Part shown: piece after piece, positions 57,220 through 64,000 of the stretch | How positions within the stretch are numbered: the stretch's first letter is position 1 | How the letters are laid out: the number at the start of each line of letters is the position of its first letter | Origin: an uncultured delta proteobacterium | Lineage (GTDB): Bacteria > Desulfobacterota > RBG-13-43-22 | DNA length: 64,000 nucleotides | Reading direction: 5' to 3' | Assembly: GCA_963843145.1 (NCBI GenBank) | Contig: CAWJJC010000028.1 | Span: forward strand, 576,001 to 640,000 | Notes under the pieces: model-generated | The model's database searches: none | What the model saw: only the letters and a program-made list of their open reading frames with translations | Told to the model about the DNA's origin: nothing | Made by a program: the position numbers and the translations under genes

Positions 57220-58482
57220 TTACTGACTGGTAATTTGATGAATACTGCCCCCCGGGTAATCGGCTACATACAGATTCCCCGCCTGATCCTCGCCAAAGGT
57301 AGAGATGCCGAAGGGGGCGGTTTGCAGTAGATTGGTGAACCAGGTACCGTTTAAGCGCTGCAATCCACGAATATTGCCGGAACAAATATCGCCATAAAAA
57401 TAAATATCCTGCATAGCGGCATTGCCCGGGCCGCGATAGACATACCCGCCGGTGATGGAACAATCCGGGGAGTGGGGGTACTCCGTCACCGGGGAAGAGT
57501 ACCGTAGGGGCGCAACGCACCCCACGGGCGGGTCAAAGCAATGCAATCCTTCCAGGATGTTCCAGCCGTAATTCTCCCCTCCCTGGCTGTTTGCCGGCTG
57601 AAAGTCAACCTCCTCCCAGAGGTTCTGACCCACGTCGCCAATGTAGAGGTCGCCCGTCTGCCGGTCGAAAGAAAAACGCCAGGGATTCCGAAGTCCCAGT
57701 GCCCAGATTTCGCCTCGATATCCGGGTGTAACCACATAGGGGTTGGTGGCGGGGATGCTGTAGTTAAGAGCAGGTCCCGATTTGAATATCAAAGGGAAAT
57801 AGGTTTTAAATAAAGCTGATACCGGGATGTTGACCGGCTCCACATCGATTCGAAGCAGTTTTGCTAATAGCACGCCGGGGTTCTGACCGTTCTTGAAGGG
57901 ATCGCCCCCGCTGCCGCCGTCCCCGGTGCCGATATAGAGGTAGCCATCCGGCCCAAACTGCAGTTGTCCCCCATTGTGGTTGGAAAAGGTGGGGTGCTCG
58001 ATGGTCAGGATGATCTCCTCACTGTTCGGATCGGCCACATCCGGGTTGGACGTCGGCCGGTAGCGGGCGATGACCAGCGTTCCGGTCGGGTTGGTATAAT
58101 AAACGTAAAAGCGGTTTCTGGTGGATCCGTAGCCCGGGGGGAAGGCCACGCTCAACAAACCCTGTTCCCCTCCGGGATTGCCCAAACGAGCGGCTATGTC
58201 CAGGAAGGGAGTCGGCAGCAGGGCGCCGTTTTTTATGATTCGGATTCGGCCTGGTTGTTCGGTGACGAAGACCCGGGAACTGTTGTCGCCGGCGTGGGTG
58301 ATGGAAGTGGGTTGGGTCAAACCGCCGACGATTGGAACGAGCGAGAGGGTCGGCCAGGATTGGGCCTGGGCCGATTTCAGTCCCATGGGTCCAAACAACA
58401 GCCAGAGGCCGGCTGCGGATAGGATCAAGCACGGGAAAGATAGTCCAAATACCCTATTTTGTTTTTTTCTAAACATGCCCAA
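57220..58482 (-). CDS. PQQ-dependent glucose/sorbosone dehydrogenase family protein
   Basis: signal peptide; EQGLLSVAFPP, NHNGGQLQFGPDGYLYIGTGDGG, GLRNPWRFSFD, NYGW. Confidence 0.92.
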   Translation of the reverse strand: MGMFRKKQNRVFGLSFPCLILSAAGLWLLFGPMGLKSAQAQSWPTLSLVPIVGGLTQPTSITHAGDNSSRVFVTEQPGRIRIIKNGALLPTPFLDIAARLGNPGGEQGLLSVAFPPGYGSTRNRFYVYYTNPTGTLVIARYRPTSNPDVADPNSEEIILTIEHPTFSNHNGGQLQFGPDGYLYIGTGDGGSGGDPFKNGQNPGVLLAKLLRIDVEPVNIPVSALFKTYFPLIFKSGPALNYSIPATNPYVVTPGYRGEIWALGLRNPWRFSFDRQTGDLYIGDVGQNLWEEVDFQPANSQGGENYGWNILEGLHCFDPPVGCVAPLRYSSPVTEYPHSPDCSITGGYVYRGPGNAAMQDIYFYGDICSGNIRGLQRLNGTWFTNLLQTAPFGISTFGEDQAGNLYVADYPGGSIHQITSQ

Positions 58483-58668
58483 AACGTTCTTTCTCCTCCC
58501 TCTCGCCCGGCAGGAGAGGTTATGGATAGGAGCTAAGATTTGTTTTGCATGCCTTATAAAAATAATTTAACATAAGATAAGATCTTTGTCATCTGGGATT
58601 AATACCACGAATTGCTCCGGATTTTCCCAGGCCAAGAATTATGAATTCAAAAACAAAGAGGAGAAATT

Positions 58669-59425
58669 ATGAAAAAAGATAAACTGGTTTTTCGACGATT
58701 CAATGGGTTTCTCTGGCTCGCCCTGGTCTTGACGACCGGTTTGCTTTTTAATTTCAACCCCGCCCTGGGGCAGGGAACGAAACCCCTCGTTGGGCTGAAC
58801 GCCACCACGCACACCAACCGATTTTCTTTATTTGCCGGTGATTTCAAAAGATGTAGGTGCCTGCCCGCAGACCGTTTGTAATGGAGATTTTGAGAATGGT
58901 CCGGATGGTTCCTGGGCCATTGCTTCGAGCAATGCCTTGGAAGCCTTTGTGATTGTAAATTTAACCGATTATGATGGTTTTCCCAATCATAGCGGTAATT
59001 TTTCCGCTTGGTTGGGTGGAGATCCCGCTGAGGTTACCACGATCACTCAACAAATCACTGTCCCCGGGGATGCCACTCAGCTCGTTTATTGGTATTGGAT
59101 CCAGTCCGACGACAGTTGCGGGGAGAGTACGGCGACGGTTTACCTCGACACCACCCCCTTAAAGGCCTACGATTTGTGCCAGGTGACAACGGACTGGACG
59201 AAGGAAACGATAGCTATTCCCGCTGATTTTCAGGGAAAAACGGTGAATTTGATTTTTAAGGCGGAAACCGCCAACTACAGCAACTTTTTCTTGGATGATG
59301 TGTCCATCCTGGGAACCATGTCGCCGGTGTCGATGAAAGACCCGGGACAGACTTCTAACGCCAGAAGGCCTTTTTCTCCCGTGTTGAGAAAGTCTCCCAA
59401 GCCTTCGGCGGAGAAAGGCCAATAA
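58669..59425 (+). pseudogene. exported beta-sandwich protein split by a +1 frameshift near 58825
   Basis: signal-peptide ORF 58669 (GAGGAG RBS) joins ORF 58832 (NGDFE...FFLDDVSI) if one T is removed. Confidence 0.7.
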
Positions 59426-59441
59426 GGCCTCCAGGGTCGAC

Positions 59442-59748
59442 GGGTCTCGGCGAAAGGGTTTCCCCCGTCCCGGGAGCGACCCAATGCCGTTAACTTAAGG
59501 GTATTTCCCCTGCCTACAGCGTCACCCCGGTCCCGCCATCCGCGGCATAGACTCCAGCCGGGGTGCAGAAAGCCTGCAAAATCTGGATTCCGGCCATTCG
59601 ACTAAGCTCATGGCCCTGAGTAAGCCGAAGGGCTTCCGCCGGAATGACGGCAACGACTTAATTTTTGGACTAATTCTGTTAAGTTAACGGCATTGGGTTA
59701 GAACCTAAAAAGTCCTTCCTTAAGCGGGAGAAGACCCTTTCGCCGAGA
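59442..59748. repeat. multi-level nested palindromic element
   Basis: outer TCTCGGCGAAAGGGT IR, 20-bp perfect IR 59479-98/59679-98, REP 59521-59648. Confidence 0.85.
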
Positions 59749-59887
59749 ACTAAAGAGGCCTGCTCCCAGAGTCAGAAAGCAGGCCCCTCCATTCAATTTT
59801 ATTTATAGCACCCCTTGGTAGATGCTAAGACGTAGTGTCCTCTTCTTGAAGATTAATTATATATTTCCTATAGTCAGGAAATATTCA

Positions 59888-60382
59888 TCAGGCCCCCAAT
59901 GCCCCCCGTATTTCCTTCAGATGATCGATGTGAAACCCGACATGATAATCCACCAGGGCGGAAATCCATTCGGCCAGGGTGGGGTATTCGCCGAGGGGCG
60001 TTTCTTTCAATAGGGGAACATGGGCCTTGCGGTTGAGTTGATCAGTAGACAATCCGGCGGCGAAATCCGCAATCCGGCTATATTCCTTTTCAAACTCCGC
60101 CAGGAGGGCGGCAAAGGTCATTTGGGCCCGCCTGTCCGTGAAATAAGGGTTCTCCGCCTCGATGTCAAATCGGGGGGTGTCCTGATCCAGGAAGCCCTGC
60201 AGCATGGGCAGATAACCGATTCCGTCGGGGCCGCTGATATGCGAGACAATCTGTTTAGCGGACCAGCGCCCTTCGGGGGCCCGGGAGGCGGTCTCCTCAT
60301 CCAAGTCTTTGGCAATAGCCAAAAAATCACCCAATTTTTGCCTGACCAATCCCGCCAATTCCTCTGCTTTGCTCTCGGCCAT
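59888..60382 (-). CDS. DinB family protein
   Basis: PEGRWSAKQIVSH...H.GFHIDHL. Confidence 0.8.
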   Translation of the reverse strand: MAESKAEELAGLVRQKLGDFLAIAKDLDEETASRAPEGRWSAKQIVSHISGPDGIGYLPMLQGFLDQDTPRFDIEAENPYFTDRRAQMTFAALLAEFEKEYSRIADFAAGLSTDQLNRKAHVPLLKETPLGEYPTLAEWISALVDYHVGFHIDHLKEIRGALGA

Positions 60383-60437
60383 TTCTTTCTCCTTTCAATC
60401 GGAAGATCTCATTTTTTGTTTAATAAAATGGAGCTGA

Positions 60438-61100
60438 TCATCGGGTCAGCCATTGATGAAGAGGTTCCCGGGGCAGCTCCGACTCCTGGACCATTTCCCG
60501 GGCGATTTTTTCGAACAGGGAAGAGAGGGCTTCACCCACCCGCTTCCCTACCCCCTCTTCGGTCCGAGGATCAAGTATTAAGCGGTCGGATGGAATAGGA
60601 ACTTCATAAACCTTTTCCCACGGGATTTTCCCCGGGCGAATCAGGCGGAGGCGGGCCTTTATTATCCCTTGGATATCCAGGAAGAAAGCCCGGGGGCGAT
60701 AACTATAATTCACGTACTCCAGGGCAAGCCGGAAGTCTTCAAGCCTTAACTCAATAACCAGTGGGAACGTACCTTCTCCGGAATAGGTGGGTATAACCTG
60801 AATCTCTTGAAAAAGCTGTGAAAAAGTCTGGTTGGCCGCTTGGGTAAAAGCCTCTCCCAGAGGAAGCTCAAAGGGACGGATAAAATCGGATACGGGCATC
60901 GGGCTGGAAGGGATATAGTCAGGGCTTTTATAGCGATAACTCCGGGTATCCATGGGAATATACAAGGCCGCCTTTAAGGGAAGGGGCTTGGAAATGCCCA
61001 TTTTGCCAAGGTGAGGCTCTACAGAAACCTGTAAAGTGGTGGCACAACCTCCGGCAAAAAAAAGCAGGGTAAACGCCCCAATAATGATCCAGTTTTTCAT
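60438..61100 (-). CDS. hypothetical lipoprotein
   Basis: lipobox FAGGC; AGGAG RBS. Confidence 0.78.
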   Translation of the reverse strand: MKNWIIIGAFTLLFFAGGCATTLQVSVEPHLGKMGISKPLPLKAALYIPMDTRSYRYKSPDYIPSSPMPVSDFIRPFELPLGEAFTQAANQTFSQLFQEIQVIPTYSGEGTFPLVIELRLEDFRLALEYVNYSYRPRAFFLDIQGIIKARLRLIRPGKIPWEKVYEVPIPSDRLILDPRTEEGVGKRVGEALSSLFEKIAREMVQESELPREPLHQWLTR

Positions 61101-61211
61101 TACAAGCTCCTAAAGTGCTAAGGTTGAATTGGTCCTCTATCTAAAATTAATTTTTAGATCATTTTAAGACACAACCCGAGGAAAATCAAGAAACTCCGGC
61201 TAGGAAAAAAA

Positions 61212-61231
61212 TTGATTGACAAGTCAATCAA
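61212..61231. promoter_or_regulatory. TetR-type operator over a -35 box
   Basis: perfect palindrome TTGATTGAC-AA-GTCAATCAA containing TTGACA, 20 nt before tetR. Confidence 0.7.
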
Positions 61232-61250
61232 AATTAGATAAGGTCAAAGC

Positions 61251-61896
61251 ATGAAAAAAGATAACGGCCAGCTTCGCACGGAAAAACAAGCGGTTATCTT
61301 TGACGCGGCCCTGAAGGTCTTTCGGCAGAAGGGGTTCCATAAGGCGCGGATTGCCGATATCGCCTCGGAAGCCGGGATCTCCTACGGGTTGGTTTATCAC
61401 TACTACCATAACAAAGAGGGCCTGTTTAACACCATCCTCAATCAGTGGTGGGAAGACCTTTATCAGTTATTGATAGAGACCCAGAAAGGGGGAGAGGACC
61501 TCCAGCGGCAGCTTCGAAAAATCATCCTCTATTTTCTTGATACCTATCAAAATAAACCGGACTTGATTCATATATTTATCAATGAGATCTCCCGGTCCTC
61601 CAGCAACCTTAAAACCCGCCTGGAATACTTTAAGAAGTTTATGTCCATTACCGAAGGGATCATGGCCGCGGGCCAAAAGGCCGGCAGTCTCCGGCAGGAT
61701 ATTGAGGCCCATTACCTGACCTATATTTTCCTGGGGGCCATGGAGACCTTCATCTCGGTGATGGTTTACGGCGAACAGAAAATTAAAAACGATCGAGCAA
61801 AAAGAGCGGATCACTCATAGCCTGATGGAAGTTTTTTTAAACGGGGCCAAGCGGAACAAAAACTACCAAAAATATTGGAAATATTTTTGGCTGTAA
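61251..61896 (+). CDS. TetR-family regulator with frameshift near 61795 (in-frame stop at 61820)
   Basis: AALKVFRQKGF..IADIASEAGISYGLVYHYYHNKE; final helix ITHSLMEVFLNG lies in another frame. Confidence 0.85.
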
Positions 61897-61921
61897 TAAA
61901 AACCACTTTGAAAGTTTTAAG

Positions 61922-62054
61922 TTGATAAACTCGCAAAAAGTCGTCACCCCGGTGAAAACCGGGGTCCAGTGATTTGATAACTAGTTATCTCCTGGATTCC
62001 GACTTTCGTCGGAATGACGAAAGGTTCTTTCGGTGACACTTTGCGAACCATCAA
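61922..62054. repeat. MITE-like shell with nested REP (61943-62018)
   Basis: TTGATAAACTCGCAAAAAGTC / GACACTTTGCGAACCATCAA imperfect IR. Confidence 0.7.
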
Positions 62055-62145
62055 AGCAAACGTCTTATTATTTAGATTTTTACATTCATTGTTAGAGACA
62101 TATTCTCAGAACAATGAATGTAAAAATCTAAGCATCGGAGCCATC

Positions 62146-63291
62146 ATGGATTTCTCTTTCACCGCGGAGCAGCTTCTTTTCAAGGAACAGGTGCTGAAAT
62201 TCGCTCGGAAAGAGATTGTTCCCCGCTGTCAGGAACACGACTTGAAAGGGGAATTCGATTACCAGTCTTTTCGCAAGTTAGGCGAGTTCGGCATCTTGGG
62301 ACTGCATTTCCCGGAGGAACTGGGTGGCAGCGGCGCTGATGTGGTTACCTCGGCCTTAGCCGCCGAGGCGCTGGGCGAGGCCGGGGTGGATGGAGGGCTC
62401 ACCCTTTCCTATGGCGCCCATACTTATTTGTGCGCCGACACCATCTTTACCCACGGCACGGAGGAACAACGCCGGAAATATGTCCCCAGGCTGGCCGGCG
62501 GGGAATGGATCGGCTGCATGGGCCTGACCGAACCGGGGGCCGGTTCGGATGTCACGGCCTTATCCACCAGGGCCTTGCGGGACGGGGACCGATATATCCT
62601 GAACGGTTCGAAGATGTTTATCACCAACGGACCTATCGCCGATGTGGCCGTGATTTATGCCCGGACCTCCTCCGCGGGGGAACGGCACGAGGGGATCTCG
62701 GCCTTCATTGTTGAAAAGGGGACCCCGGGCTTCTCCGCCGGAAAAAAACTGAATAAAATGGGAGTCCGAAGTTCTTATACCTCCGCGTTGTATTTCGAAG
62801 ATTGCGCTGTTCCAACAGAAAATCTTTTGGGCCAGGAAGGAATGGGATTCCTGATGGCCATGCAGACCGTGGAGTGGGACCGGAGCACCCTGATGGCCCC
62901 CTTTATTGGGGGCTTAAGCTTCATCCTGGAAAAGTCATGCCGCTACAGTCGGGAACGGGTCCAGTTCGGTCGGCCCATCGCCGAGTTCCAGGCGGTCAAA
63001 CATAAAATCGCCGACATCCGGATCTTCCTGGAGGCGGCCCGCGCCTTGGTGTACCGTATTGCCTGGTGCAAGGACCAGGGCCGACCCTTGAACCATCTGG
63101 AGGCGGCGGTGGCCAAGCTCTTCGTGGGCGACTGGAGCCTGGTCCCGACCAATAACGCCGTCATTATCCACGGAGGCTACGGCTACTGCCACGAATATGA
63201 CGTGGAGCGGACTTTCCGGGACAGCCGCCTGGCGCCGATCGGCGGCGGGACCTCCGAAGTCCAGAAGATGATTATCTCCCGTTTGATGTGA
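62146..63291 (+). CDS. acyl-CoA dehydrogenase
   Basis: GLTEPGAGSD, NGSKMFITNG, RVQFGRPI, HGGYGY, IGGGTSEVQ; start at MDFSF. Confidence 0.95.
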   Translation: MDFSFTAEQLLFKEQVLKFARKEIVPRCQEHDLKGEFDYQSFRKLGEFGILGLHFPEELGGSGADVVTSALAAEALGEAGVDGGLTLSYGAHTYLCADTIFTHGTEEQRRKYVPRLAGGEWIGCMGLTEPGAGSDVTALSTRALRDGDRYILNGSKMFITNGPIADVAVIYARTSSAGERHEGISAFIVEKGTPGFSAGKKLNKMGVRSSYTSALYFEDCAVPTENLLGQEGMGFLMAMQTVEWDRSTLMAPFIGGLSFILEKSCRYSRERVQFGRPIAEFQAVKHKIADIRIFLEAARALVYRIAWCKDQGRPLNHLEAAVAKLFVGDWSLVPTNNAVIIHGGYGYCHEYDVERTFRDSRLAPIGGGTSEVQKMIISRLM

Positions 63292-63305
63292 CCAGGAGAA
63301 GACCG

Positions 63306-64000
63306 ATGAATTTTGATTTGGATGAGCGTCAAAATCAAATCCGGAAGGCGTTGCGGAGTCTCTTGACCGAGGAAGCCGAATTGACCGGTGACTTCGACAG
63401 CCAAAACCTGACGGGCCTTTCCCAGGCCTACCGGCATCTTCTGAAAATGCTGGCCGGCAGCGGCTATCTGGAAATCGGACTGACCCCCGAGCCGGCCGGC
63501 CGCTCGCCTTATGCCGACCTGAGTACCGCAGTGCTGGCCGGTGAACCCTTCGCCGAGGTCTTCCCCGATATCTATCTGGGGATTGAGATCAGCAGTCGGG
63601 TCGTGGGCGGATTGCTAGCCCGGTACGGCAGCGATGTCCTCAAAGACCGCTATCTGGCACCGCTGCTCAAGGGGGAACTCCTGGGGACTGTAGCCCTGAG
63701 CGAATCGTTGAGCAACTTTCCTTCGGCAAAAATAACTACTCAGGCCGTAATGCGGGGGGAGGACTTCCTGCTCAACGGGACCAGGAAAGGGGTCATTAAC
63801 GGTTCTCTGGCCGACCTCATCATCGTTCCGGCCTTGCTGGGTGAGCAAACCGCCCTGTTAATTATTCCGTCTTCCCAAGAGGGGCTGGCCGTCTCGGATC
63901 CCTGCTCGGCCCTGGGCTATAGGCGCATTGCCTTTTCCGACCTGGCGTTCCGGAATTGCAGCGTGTCCAAGGAAGAATGTATCGGTCTATTTGAGAGCCA
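63306..64000 (+). CDS. acyl-CoA dehydrogenase-like protein (partial)
   Basis: Read manually: MNFDLDERQ..., YLAPLLKGELLGTVALSE, LLNGTRKGVING. Confidence 0.85.
   Translation, partial: MNFDLDERQNQIRKALRSLLTEEAELTGDFDSQNLTGLSQAYRHLLKMLAGSGYLEIGLTPEPAGRSPYADLSTAVLAGEPFAEVFPDIYLGIEISSRVVGGLLARYGSDVLKDRYLAPLLKGELLGTVALSESLSNFPSAKITTQAVMRGEDFLLNGTRKGVINGSLADLIIVPALLGEQTALLIIPSSQEGLAVSDPCSALGYRRIAFSDLAFRNCSVSKEECIGLFES

Overview
A mostly chromosomal, GC-rich bacterial segment. Gene content (FrdCAB, tandem PilT, RpoH-TPR cluster, EF-G2, PAS/GAF sensors) suggests an anaerobic deltaproteobacterium/Desulfobacterota; this is an inference. Core blocks: pilT pair; folD-panB-panE with a pan-type RNA leader; a LuxR-type regulator next to an acyl-CoA-ligase/LIV-type ABC cluster; rpoH-TPR-LolB-like-Mut7C; mog; fusA2; tRNA-fMet; frdCAB; ftsH; MacAB-type efflux; cinA; and TetR plus acyl-CoA dehydrogenases. 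There are two accessory regions. (1) A decayed island 3' of tRNA-fMet (~24.9-34.3 kb) holds a CX5R phosphatase, a secreted protein, ~1.8 kb of ORF-free hairpin-dense DNA, a cyclase-ATPase-TPR gene, an IS21 end and vapBC. (2) A decayed integron-like/toxin-antitoxin patch lies at ~52.2-55.2 kb. The most striking unexplained signals are non-coding: four heptad-built palindromic elements with unrelated central inserts, and REP-like hairpins that almost always sit nested inside different MITE/IS-end shells (up to four levels deep). Also notable are a shared [FY][LF]P[LV]I motif in three unrelated exported proteins and three single-base frameshifts. All calls were made by eye without database searches.
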